DNA of 64,000 bases, taken from Candidatus Pampinifervens sinense. Lineage in GTDB: Bacteria; Aquificota; Aquificia; Aquificales; Aquificaceae. The stretch lies in the NCBI GenBank assembly GCA_037927135.1, contig JAXSPP010000002.1, positions 32,001 through 96,000 on the forward strand. Reading direction: 5' to 3'. The notes below the pieces were generated by a model. It was not told where the DNA came from. It searched no databases and saw only the letters and a program-made list of their open reading frames with translations. The translations under genes and the position numbers were made by a program. Shown piece after piece: positions 19,099 to 28,030 of the stretch. Position 1 is the first letter of the stretch. Each line of letters opens with the position of its first letter.

Positions 19099-21738
19099 AT
19101 GAAGCTTTGGGAAGAGGTTATAGAGAAGAATCCAAGGGAAAGGCTTAAGGCAGAAAAGCACCCCCTTGATATAATTTGGGATCTTCCAAGGCTTATAAAG
19201 GAGGGCTATGAAAGGGTCCCAGAAGAGGACCTTGTACGCCTCCAATGGTACGGCCTCTATCACGATAAACCACGCATAGGCTACTTTATGCTGAGGGTTA
19301 AACTGCCTGGTGGAAGGGTAAGGCCGGACCAGCTGAGAATAATTGGGGAGCTTGCCAAAAGCTTTAATGATTATGCAGAGCTCACCACAAGGCAGGATAT
19401 TCAAATGCATGGAATAAGGCTTGATGACCTGCCCTGGGTCTTTGAAAGGCTTTCCAGCGTTGGACTTTTGCCCATAGGGGCCTGTGGTGATACAGTGAGG
19501 AACATAACTAGCTGTCCCGTTTCAGGCGTAGATAAATATGAGCTTTTTGACGTTGAAAGGTGCATAAAAGATCTTGAGAGCTTCTTCCACAATCCAGAAA
19601 ACAAGGAATACTTTAACCTGCCTAGGAAGTTTAAGATAACCCTTTCAAGCTGTCCTTACCATTGCAACTGTCCAGAGATGCATGACCTTGCCTTTGTGGG
19701 CATGGTAAAAGATGGTGTTGAGGGCTTTGCAGTTTGGGTAGGCGGTGGGCTTTCTTCAACGCCAAGGCTTGCAAGAAAGCTAGGCCTATTCATACCAAAG
19801 GAAAAAGTCCTAGAAGTAGCCAAGGCTGTGGTGGACATATGGAGCGAAGATCCAGAAAACAGAAGGTCCTTTGTAAGGGCAAGGATAAAGTACTTCATAG
19901 ACAAGGTTGGGATAGAAGGCTTTAGGGAATTGCTTCTTAAAAGGTTGAGCTTTAGCCCAGATCTTATCAAGGAAGAGCCTGTGGCCATAGGTAGGAACTT
20001 CCATGTGGGAATAGGAGAGCAGAAGGAGGAAGGCCTTTTCTATGTGGGCTTTCCTGTGGAGGCAGGTAGGGTATCCGGCAGCCAGCTTATAAAGGTGGCA
20101 GATCTTGCAGAGGACCTAAACCTCTCCATAAGGGTCTCTCAGAGGCAGAACCTTATACTGACCCATATACCAAGAGAGGATCTTGACCATGTGCTAAGAA
20201 GGATGGAAGAGATAGGCTTTAGCCTCAAAAAGAGCATATCAAGGGGCATATCCATAGCCTGCACAAGCGACCCCTTCTGCAACTACTCCGTTGGCTCCTC
20301 AAAGGAGTTTCTTTTGGAGCTTTTGGAATATCTTGAGGAGAGGCTTGGAGATTTGGGAGATATTGCCATAGGTGTGGATGGCTGTCCCCATGCCTGCGCC
20401 CACCATTGGCTAAACGACATAGGGCTTCAGGCCACTCACATAAGACATCCCGACGGAAGCGTGGAGAGCGCGGTAAACATAGTGCTAGGAGGTGGCTATG
20501 GAAAGTATGCAAACATAGGTAGGATAGTGGCCAAGAAGGTGCCACTGCCTTTGGCAAAAGAGTACATAGAGAGGCTTATACAGGCATACAAAAGCTCAGG
20601 ACATAAAAGCTTTCAGGAGTTTGTAAGGTCTTATTCTGATGAGGAGCTTTTGAGCATTATGCAAGGTGGAAAGGCGGTGGTGCAAGAGGAGAAGGGGAAG
20701 GTAAAGGTAAGGCTCTTTGGGCCCATAAGCAGGTTTTTCGGTGGGCTTTCTGAGGTTGAGGTGGAAGCTAAGACAGTGAGAGAAGCTCTTCTGAAGCTTG
20801 AGGAGGAGTTTAAAGATTTTCGTGGAAGGGCTATTGATGAAAAGGGGGAGCTGAAGCCTTACATAAAGGTCTTTTTGAAAGAGGAGGACATAAAGTTCTT
20901 GCAAGGCCTTGATACCCCTCTTAAGGAAGGAGACGAGATAGCCATATATCCAGCCCTTGCGGGAGGTGCACCCATGTACGATGAGCTTGAGCTTCATGAG
21001 CTCGCTATTGAGTATGAAGGAAGACCGGCACAAGATGTAATAGCCTGGGCCATGGAGAACTTTCATCCAAAGCTCTACATAGCCTGGAGCGGTCAGGCAG
21101 AGGATATGGTGATCCTTGATATGGCTTGCAGGATAAACCCACAGGTCAGGGTCTTTACCGTTGATACGGGAAGGCTTCATGAGGAGACCTACAGGCTTAT
21201 GGAAAAGGTCTATGAGGTCTACGGCATAAGGATAGAGGTTTACTTCCCAGACAAGGAAGAGGTGGAGGATATGGTAAGGAGGTTTGGCGTAAACCTCTTT
21301 TACAGGTCTGTGGAGCTCAGACACCTCTGCTGTCATATAAGGAAGGTGAGGCCCCTTTTGAGGGCTTTAAATCAGGTGGATGCCTGGATCACAGGTTTGA
21401 GAAGGGAACAATGGGCAAGCAGGCACAACCTTATGAAGATTGAAGTGGACCACGACCACGGACAGATAGTAAAAGTGAATCCCTTGGTAGATTGGACGGA
21501 GAGGGATGTGTGGAAGTACATAAAGGAAAAGGGAGTGCCATATAGCGAGCTCTACGAGAAGGGCTATAGAAGCATAGGATGTGCACCTTGCACCAGGCCT
21601 GTGGCCCCTTATGAGGATCCAAGGGCAGGTAGATGGTGGTGGGAAGTGGGAGCTCCTAAGGAGTGTGGTATGCACTGCAGTCTGGAGACGGGAAGCTTTG
21701 AAAGGATATCGGACAAGATACTGGGGGAAAGGAAATGA
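19099..21738 (+). CDS. Fusion of siroheme sulfite reductase, MoaD/CysO-like ubiquitin-fold domain and APS reductase (CysH)
   Basis: TTRQDIQ, ACGDTVRN, LPRKFKI, CTSDPFC..GCPHAC; KVRLFG..PALAGG; DTGRL, LCCHIRK, TGLRREQ, SIGCAPCT, KECGMH. Confidence 0.9.
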   Translation: MKLWEEVIEKNPRERLKAEKHPLDIIWDLPRLIKEGYERVPEEDLVRLQWYGLYHDKPRIGYFMLRVKLPGGRVRPDQLRIIGELAKSFNDYAELTTRQDIQMHGIRLDDLPWVFERLSSVGLLPIGACGDTVRNITSCPVSGVDKYELFDVERCIKDLESFFHNPENKEYFNLPRKFKITLSSCPYHCNCPEMHDLAFVGMVKDGVEGFAVWVGGGLSSTPRLARKLGLFIPKEKVLEVAKAVVDIWSEDPENRRSFVRARIKYFIDKVGIEGFRELLLKRLSFSPDLIKEEPVAIGRNFHVGIGEQKEEGLFYVGFPVEAGRVSGSQLIKVADLAEDLNLSIRVSQRQNLILTHIPREDLDHVLRRMEEIGFSLKKSISRGISIACTSDPFCNYSVGSSKEFLLELLEYLEERLGDLGDIAIGVDGCPHACAHHWLNDIGLQATHIRHPDGSVESAVNIVLGGGYGKYANIGRIVAKKVPLPLAKEYIERLIQAYKSSGHKSFQEFVRSYSDEELLSIMQGGKAVVQEEKGKVKVRLFGPISRFFGGLSEVEVEAKTVREALLKLEEEFKDFRGRAIDEKGELKPYIKVFLKEEDIKFLQGLDTPLKEGDEIAIYPALAGGAPMYDELELHELAIEYEGRPAQDVIAWAMENFHPKLYIAWSGQAEDMVILDMACRINPQVRVFTVDTGRLHEETYRLMEKVYEVYGIRIEVYFPDKEEVEDMVRRFGVNLFYRSVELRHLCCHIRKVRPLLRALNQVDAWITGLRREQWASRHNLMKIEVDHDHGQIVKVNPLVDWTERDVWKYIKEKGVPYSELYEKGYRSIGCAPCTRPVAPYEDPRAGRWWWEVGAPKECGMHCSLETGSFERISDKILGERK

Positions 21739-22022
21739 TAAGCTTGAAGGAGATCAAAGACAGGAAGGCCTTTGAAGAGGGGCTAAGGAAAAGGGGTTGG
21801 AAGGAGGGAAGGTTTAACGGAGGGGTATGTATGATGAAGGAACTGGAAGGCTGGCTATGGATATGCTTGGTCTTTGACCATGAGGCCAAGTTTGCCTCCT
21901 TTGCCCTTGAGGAAAGTTCAAAGATGCATTCGGAAGGTGTAAAGAGGCTTTTGGAGGAAATAAAGAACCTATCAGAGGAGTTTGACTTTGCCATGTTTGG
22001 GAGGTTAGAGTATGGTGGCTGA
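21735..22022 (+). CDS. Small hypothetical protein in the sulfur operon
   Basis: 95 aa, overlapping both neighbours. Confidence 0.65.
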   Translation: MISLKEIKDRKAFEEGLRKRGWKEGRFNGGVCMMKELEGWLWICLVFDHEAKFASFALEESSKMHSEGVKRLLEEIKNLSEEFDFAMFGRLEYGG

Positions 22023-22773
22023 CTTTTTGGGACTTCTTCTCTTTGGCTTCTTTATAGCCTTTGCCATAGGATTAACTGGTGTAGGTGCTGGAACTCTTAC
22101 TGCGCCTCTTCTCATCTTGCTTGGCTTAGATCCTGCAAAAGCAGTTGGTTCTGCCCTTGCCTTCTCTACAGTGGTGAAGTTTCCAGCGGTGTTTACTCAT
22201 GCAGTTTACAAAAATTTGGATTATAAAACCCTTCTTCTTATGCTTGTGGGAGGAGTTCCTGGTACACTCTTGGGTTCTCTTCTTCTCAAACTGTTTCATG
22301 ACCCCTTAGGATTAAAGAAGCTTCTTCTTTTAGTCATAGGTATCACCATAATATTTTCTGTCCTTTTAAATCTACTTATGATTTGGAAAGGTAAGAGGTT
22401 TGACTTAAGCAGGTATAAATACCTTTTACCTGCATGTTGCTTCTTAATAGGCCTTGAAGTTGGTTTTACATCTGCTGGTGCTGGAGCTTTAGGTATGGTA
22501 TTGCTCTTATACTTTACAAAACTGAGTCCTGCAAGAGCGGTTGGTGTGGATATAGCCTTTGGTTTAGCCTGCTCCTTTGTAGGTGGTACCTCACACTTTT
22601 TACAAGGTCATACAGACACGGGAGTATTTCTTCCCATGTCCTTAGGTGGTCTCGCTGGAGTGTTGCTTGGGACTCATTTAGCAAGGACCTTAAATCCCAG
22701 GCCTCTAAGAATAGTTATATCACTGTTGCTTGTTGCAGTTGCCATAAACCTTATACAAAAGGGTTTGAGATGA
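22012..22773 (+). CDS. TauE/SafE family sulfur-compound transporter
   Basis: GLTGVGAG and TSAGAGALG repeats, AVG(S/V), about 8 TM helices. Confidence 0.88.
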   Translation: MVADFLGLLLFGFFIAFAIGLTGVGAGTLTAPLLILLGLDPAKAVGSALAFSTVVKFPAVFTHAVYKNLDYKTLLLMLVGGVPGTLLGSLLLKLFHDPLGLKKLLLLVIGITIIFSVLLNLLMIWKGKRFDLSRYKYLLPACCFLIGLEVGFTSAGAGALGMVLLLYFTKLSPARAVGVDIAFGLACSFVGGTSHFLQGHTDTGVFLPMSLGGLAGVLLGTHLARTLNPRPLRIVISLLLVAVAINLIQKGLR

Positions 22774-23519
22774 TGGGTAAAGTGTACATAGTAGGTGCAG
22801 GACCAGGAGATGTGGAACTTTTAACCCTAAAGGCGTACAAAATCATAAAATCTGCAGATGCCATACTTTATGACAGACTCATAAACCAAGAGATACTGTT
22901 CCTTGCAAAGCCTAACTGCGAACTTCTGTATGTAGGCAAAGAGGACGGAAAGCACACCATAGAGCAAGAAAAGATAAACGAGCTTTTGCTCAGATACGCC
23001 CACACAAAGGATACAGTGGTTAGACTAAAAGGAGGAGACCCCTTTGTCTTTGGAAGAGGAGGGGAAGAAGCCCTCTTTTTAGCACAGCATGGTGTAGAGG
23101 TGGAGGTAGTGCCCGGAGTTAGCTCTGCCATAGCGGTACCATCCTACGCAGGCATACCCTTGACCTTCAGAGGCATATCCTCTTCCTTTGCAGTCATCAC
23201 AGGACACGAAGACCCAAGAAAAGAACACTCAGACATAGATTGGGGAAGTTTGAAAGGCATAAACACCCTTGTCTTTCTGATGGCGGTAAAAAACAGGCAG
23301 GAGATAGCCAAAAGGCTTATAGAGGTAGGGAGGGACCCAAAGGAGCCTGTGGCCTTTATAGAGAATGGGACCACAGAGAAGCAGAAGGTTATACTTACAG
23401 ACCTTTATGAGCTTTCCACAAACCCGCCTGAGGTAAGCCCTCCTGCCATCATGGTGGTGGGACATGTGGTAAGACTGAGGGAAAAATTAGCATTAAAGGA
23501 GGTTGAGGCATGCTTATAG
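22770..23519 (+). CDS. cobA: Uroporphyrinogen-III C-methyltransferase (siroheme synthesis)
   Basis: VGAGPGD, RLKGGDPFVFGRGGEE, VPGVSS. Confidence 0.93.
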   Translation: MMGKVYIVGAGPGDVELLTLKAYKIIKSADAILYDRLINQEILFLAKPNCELLYVGKEDGKHTIEQEKINELLLRYAHTKDTVVRLKGGDPFVFGRGGEEALFLAQHGVEVEVVPGVSSAIAVPSYAGIPLTFRGISSSFAVITGHEDPRKEHSDIDWGSLKGINTLVFLMAVKNRQEIAKRLIEVGRDPKEPVAFIENGTTEKQKVILTDLYELSTNPPEVSPPAIMVVGHVVRLREKLALKEVEACL

Positions 23520-24700
23520 CACCCCATGGAGGAGAGCTTGTAAACAGGGTTGTGCCAGAGAGGGAAAGGGTAAAGATACTGACTGAGGCCGAGAGGTACC
23601 CGTCCCTCCATGTGGATAGGGATACACTCCTTGACGTTGAGAACATTGCCACAGGCGTCTTTTCGCCCCTCAAGGGCTTCATGACAAAAGAAGAGCTTGA
23701 GGGTGTGGTCTATCATATGCTCCTTCCAAGCGGTCATGTCTGGACCATACCCATACTTCTACAGGTGGAAGAAGAGGTGGCAAGGTCCCTTGGACCTGGA
23801 GAGAGAGTGGCCCTAAGGGACGATGAAGGCAGGCTAAAGGCCCTGCTTGATGTTAAGGACATATATCCCATAGAGTTGGAAAAAGTTGCCAGGCTTGTAT
23901 GGGGTACGGACATCAACGAACACCCAGGCGTGAAGACCTTTTACTCAAAGGGAAGATGGGCCATAGGCGGTGATATTTGGCTTTTGGAAAGGGTAAACCA
24001 CCCCCTTAGGGATTGGGTACTGGACCCTGAGGAGACAAGGAAGGTCTTTGAATATAGGGGTTGGAAGAGGGTGGTGGGATTTCAAACTAGGAACGCACCC
24101 CATAGGGCCCATGAGTACCTTCAGAGGATAGCCCTTGAAATAGCAGATGGCCTTTTTATAAACCCTGTCTTGGGCTGGAAGAAGTCTGACGACTTTGACT
24201 CCTACACCGTTTTAAGGGCTTATGAGTACCTTATAGATAACTACTATCCTTCCAAAAGAGTCCTTCTCTCTGGACTTGCCACGGCCATGAGGTATGCGGG
24301 CCCGAGGGAGGCGGTCTTTCATGCTATAGTAAGAAAGAACTTTGGATGCACCCATTTTATAGTGGGCAGGGACCATGCGGGCGTTGGAAACTTTTATGGT
24401 CCTTACGATGCACACAGGATCTTTGATAGGCTTCCAAAGGACATAGGCATAGAGATAATAAGGGTTACTGCTGTCTTTTACTGTAGCCTGTGTGGTTGTA
24501 TGGCATCGGACAAGAGCTGTGGGCATGAGGAAGTCTACAGAACCTATGTTAGCATGACAAAAATAAGGGAGATGTTGAGGAAGGGCCTTGTTCCACCAAA
24601 GGAGATGATAAGGGAGGATATAGCTAAGCTCCTATTCGACCTTGAGTTCACCCATAAGAAAGGCTTTATGGTCTCTGAGAAAGGCCCTGAGGAAAGATAG
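23510..24700 (+). CDS. sat: Sulfate adenylyltransferase
   Basis: PHGG, FQTRNAPHRAHE, MRYAGPREA, VGRDHAG. Confidence 0.96.
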   Translation: MLIAPHGGELVNRVVPERERVKILTEAERYPSLHVDRDTLLDVENIATGVFSPLKGFMTKEELEGVVYHMLLPSGHVWTIPILLQVEEEVARSLGPGERVALRDDEGRLKALLDVKDIYPIELEKVARLVWGTDINEHPGVKTFYSKGRWAIGGDIWLLERVNHPLRDWVLDPEETRKVFEYRGWKRVVGFQTRNAPHRAHEYLQRIALEIADGLFINPVLGWKKSDDFDSYTVLRAYEYLIDNYYPSKRVLLSGLATAMRYAGPREAVFHAIVRKNFGCTHFIVGRDHAGVGNFYGPYDAHRIFDRLPKDIGIEIIRVTAVFYCSLCGCMASDKSCGHEEVYRTYVSMTKIREMLRKGLVPPKEMIREDIAKLLFDLEFTHKKGFMVSEKGPEER

Positions 24701-25153
24701 AGAATCTGCCAAAGCTAAAAAGCCCTTTTCTTTGAAGGCCTCCTCAAGGTCTCTTAGCCACTCAGGCCTGTTCCTTGTAAACCTATACTGGTTTGTATAA
24801 CCCTTAACACGATCTTCTTCTAAGCAAAGAAGGGACAAAAACCTCAGCTCCATGTCCACATGGTCTGGCTCATAGCCTTCATCCAATTTAAACCCCAAAT
24901 GCTCATAAGCTGAAGAGATCAGCTTTGGGTCCACATCCCTATAATCCCTTTCCAAAAGGGAAATTCCGTCCATAAGCTCAAGCTCCTCTTGAAGCTTAAA
25001 GCTGTCCATATGCCTAAGCACCTTTAAGGCATAGTTAGAGTATGTTGAGTTGATTAGGTCATTGCATAAGGAATTGAGGTAGTAGTAGTCCTTTTCCAAA
25101 AAAAGCTCGGAAAAGGCATAATAAAAGAAGGAAAGGCCCTTTAGCTCATCCAT
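24632..25153 (-). CDS. TorD/DmsD-like molybdoenzyme chaperone
   Basis: EPDHVDMEL signature, helical composition. Confidence 0.7.
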   Translation of the reverse strand: MDELKGLSFFYYAFSELFLEKDYYYLNSLCNDLINSTYSNYALKVLRHMDSFKLQEELELMDGISLLERDYRDVDPKLISSAYEHLGFKLDEGYEPDHVDMELRFLSLLCLEEDRVKGYTNQYRFTRNRPEWLRDLEEAFKEKGFLALADSLSFLRAFLRDHKAFLMGELKVE

Positions 25154-25155
25154 CT

Positions 25156-26385
25156 TCAAACCCTGTTTACAGAGTAATCTAAGGCTATGTCTCCAAAGTA
25201 TTCGCAAAGGGAGGGATGCGTATAGGGCATGCGGAAGAGCTGATCGTCCCAGAGAGCGTTGTTCATGGTAAAGGATATCAGATTTAAAGCTTCGCTAACC
25301 TCTTCCCCGACGATGGAGAAGTAAGAAAGCCTTCCTTCCCCGTCCACATACATGCTTATTATCCCCCTTCTTCCGTTTACAAAGCTCTTTGTGTTTGCGT
25401 TCAAGGTCTTTGTGATCTTTTTATGCCTTGCCTCATAAGAGCCAACAAAGCCAAGCTCAAGGGCCGAGCATATAACTATGGGCACAAGCTCAGGCCTGTA
25501 AGGGCTATAGAGGTCCATTATGCTCTGGCAGGCAGACTTTGCCTTTGCAATGGCATGGCTTGCACCCATGGGCTTTGTTATATCTCCCACAGCGTAAATA
25601 TTCTTTATATTAGTTCTCATACACTCATCAACCTTAACATAACCCTCTTGGTCAAACTCAAGGAAGGGGAAGCTCTCTTTGCACAAGTTTGGAACTCTAC
25701 CAGTAGCCTTTACATGAAGGTCCGCATCTATTACACTGTCCACAAACTTTACACCGCAGAGCTCCAGCTCTTCCTCCAGCTTTTCCACCATATCCTCATC
25801 CACAGGATAATCCTTTAAAAGCCTTCCCTCAACCCTTAGATAAACATGGTAGCCGAAGGTTGAAAGTATGAAAGAGAGCTCGCAGGCGCTGGCACCAGAG
25901 CCTTCTATAAGGACCTTGCCTCTTGGAAGCACCTTTCCCGTTAGCACATCCTCCGGGCTTGTGTGTCTTTCCTTAGGCTTGGAGCCGCAAGCAAGCACAA
26001 CATGCTCACCCCTAAGATAAAGGTTTTTACCTACCTTTACCGTATTCTCATCCACAAGCACACCAATACCCTTTATCAAGTCTATACCTTCCCTTTTTAG
26101 CAAAAATTCCGCATTAGCCTTTATCTGGTTTATCCTTGTTCTTACGTACTTTAAAGCTCTTTCAAAGTCCAGCTTTACCTCAAAGCCCTTCTTCCTTAAA
26201 GAGTGGGCCTCCTTAGCTATACGGTAAAGCCCTTCCTTTGGTATACACCCCCTGTTTAGACATGTACCACCAAGCTCCTCAGCCTCCACAAGGGCTACCT
26301 TTAGGCCACCCTTTGCAAGTATGAGGGCTGAAGTAAAACCCCCTGGACCGCTTCCTATAACAACCGCATCATAGATCTTTATCAT
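25156..26385 (-). CDS. Dihydrolipoamide dehydrogenase-like flavoprotein disulfide reductase
   Basis: GSGPGG, GGTCLNRGCIP, IYAVGD, HPS. Confidence 0.85.
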   Translation of the reverse strand: MIKIYDAVVIGSGPGGFTSALILAKGGLKVALVEAEELGGTCLNRGCIPKEGLYRIAKEAHSLRKKGFEVKLDFERALKYVRTRINQIKANAEFLLKREGIDLIKGIGVLVDENTVKVGKNLYLRGEHVVLACGSKPKERHTSPEDVLTGKVLPRGKVLIEGSGASACELSFILSTFGYHVYLRVEGRLLKDYPVDEDMVEKLEEELELCGVKFVDSVIDADLHVKATGRVPNLCKESFPFLEFDQEGYVKVDECMRTNIKNIYAVGDITKPMGASHAIAKAKSACQSIMDLYSPYRPELVPIVICSALELGFVGSYEARHKKITKTLNANTKSFVNGRRGIISMYVDGEGRLSYFSIVGEEVSEALNLISFTMNNALWDDQLFRMPYTHPSLCEYFGDIALDYSVNRV

Positions 26386-26870
26386 CCTTTCACCTCCAGT
26401 TCAAAAAGACAAAACTCTTTGCCTTGTGCTACACACTCCACCTCTTTACATTCCCATTTGAGGTCTGTTAGCTCTTCAAAGATGCCGGAAAGAGCACCCT
26501 GTAAGGGTATACAGACAGGCTTTTTGCCTTCTTGCCCCTCTGCAAAGACAGAGCTTCTAATGTATATCTTTATCTTGTTCTCCTCATTCTTCCAATGGTC
26601 CACAACTCCTATACCAGCCTCTTCAAGGAAGGTCCTAAGGTAGAGCTCTATTTCCTCCGTGGAGGGCGCATGATTCCCTATAAGTTCCTTTAATATTTGC
26701 CCCGCTATCTTCCCAGCCTTTTTGCCAGACATGTGGAGTATGCCACCTATACCAAAGCCTGAAAGCTTTACTATGCTTGAGTAAAACTCCTGCACAGGCT
26801 TTTTTGGCACTATAAAGCCTTCCTGCCTCAGAAATACCTTTATCTTTGACACCGCCTCCAGCTCGTCCAT
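26382..26870 (-). CDS. Stand-alone V4R-domain protein
   Basis: KPVC..G.LSG..E....ECVAQGKEFCLF; AAGGAGGT RBS. Confidence 0.8.
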   Translation of the reverse strand: MDELEAVSKIKVFLRQEGFIVPKKPVQEFYSSIVKLSGFGIGGILHMSGKKAGKIAGQILKELIGNHAPSTEEIELYLRTFLEEAGIGVVDHWKNEENKIKIYIRSSVFAEGQEGKKPVCIPLQGALSGIFEELTDLKWECKEVECVAQGKEFCLFELEVKG

Positions 26871-26938
26871 TTTTGTACCTCCTTGATTGAATATTAATTC
26901 ATAATTTAGCATACCCTCCTTTCATGTCAATATGGTAC

Positions 26939-27336
26939 TCAATCTCCAATAGTAAGCGTTACAAAGGGCTTAGTTTCTTTATAATCTGGCCAAGACCTTG
27001 TGTGTAAGGCAGGCTTGTAGGTGATGAACTTGGAGGGATACTCCTGCTCCACCCTGTCTGAGTCAAAGCCTTGATACTGACACGCTTCTCTTAAAAACAC
27101 ATACCTTGGATAACCGGGCATGAACTTACTGGTAATGGAATCGTGTCTTGTTGCCAAGCCCTCAAAGTAGAATCTTACCATATTCTCCTTGTAAGGTCTC
27201 CTTTAAAGTGGTCCTCACAGCTTAGGAAGAAGCCACCTTTGGAGAGCAGGAAGGTTACCTTGTACTACTGATAGACATCTGCATGTCCTAAAAAGTTGTT
27301 AGAGCTTTTCTCTGGATTCACCTCTTTAATCTTCAT
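26939..27336 (-). pseudogene. Remnant resembling the C-terminal part of a TtrA-like molybdopterin oxidoreductase
   Basis: Fragments KVTFLLSKGGFF / FEGLATRHDSIT..PGYPRY / YPSKFITYKPALHTRS with an in-frame stop and a frameshift; similarity judged from memory. Confidence 0.45.
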
Positions 27337-27897
27337 GGAGTTGTGCTTGTAAACAGCGGTAAGATTGGAACCACAAGCAACAGTGGATGGCTTGCAAGGC
27401 TTGAGGGTTCTACAAAGCTTGGTCCAGCCAATGTAAGCCTACTTGGTGTATACTCTTCGGGTAAAAACAACGGCAACGGTTTTAAAACAGTTCATAGCCT
27501 TCTTGGCACCGCTGGCTACTGGGCATACACTTACATCTTCACACCCCATGGCCCATCCGATGTGAACGACTTTGGGCTTGAGCCTGGAAACATGGGATAC
27601 GGTCTTACAACGGTGCAGGCAAAGATAGACTTTCCTATAACCAAGGGCTTCTCTGTGCAAGGTGTGGTGGGAGTCTTTAGATCCAACAAAAATATGTTTG
27701 ATGATAATGGTAATAATGTAGGCAAAAACCTTGGCACAGAGGCTGGAGTCACCTTTACAGTCAACGTTGGCAAGCATATGAACCTTGAGTTTGGTGGTGC
27801 CGTTGCAAGCCTTGGTAATGCGGGAAAGGCCGTATACAATGCCGGCACAAAGAAATCAGTAAACGAAATCTTCGCAAGGCTTCAGCTGGAGTTTTAG
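27325..27897 (+). pseudogene. C-terminal fragment of an outer-membrane porin
   Basis: Beta-strand pattern ending EIFARLQLEF; no signal peptide; in-frame stop at 27289. Confidence 0.7.
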
Positions 27898-27912
27898 GTC
27901 CGCAACTCCCAT

Positions 27913-27968
27913 AAGGGCTGCTACTCCCCCTCTTGGGGGCTTTTTTGAATGAGCAGCCCTTTTTTTTT
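27913..27968 (+). terminator. Nested double hairpin terminator
   Basis: Outer AAGGGCTGCT/AGCAGCCCTT with T-run; inner CCCCC-TCTT-GGGGG with T6. Confidence 0.75.
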
Positions 27969-28030
27969 ATTTTATGCTGAACCCTCCTCTTTTTTTGTTT
28001 TATATTTAATCAGTGAGGAGGGGTTTGCAA

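Noticed and set aside
20596-21336. 246-aa antisense ORF and the many other short antisense or nested ORFs in the track
   Set aside because: They lie opposite or inside well-supported genes and show no motifs; typical shadow frames
27915-27932. GGGGAGUAGC on the minus strand, resembling the yybP-ykoY riboswitch core
   Set aside because: The rest of the motif and a downstream target gene are missing; explained by the terminator hairpins
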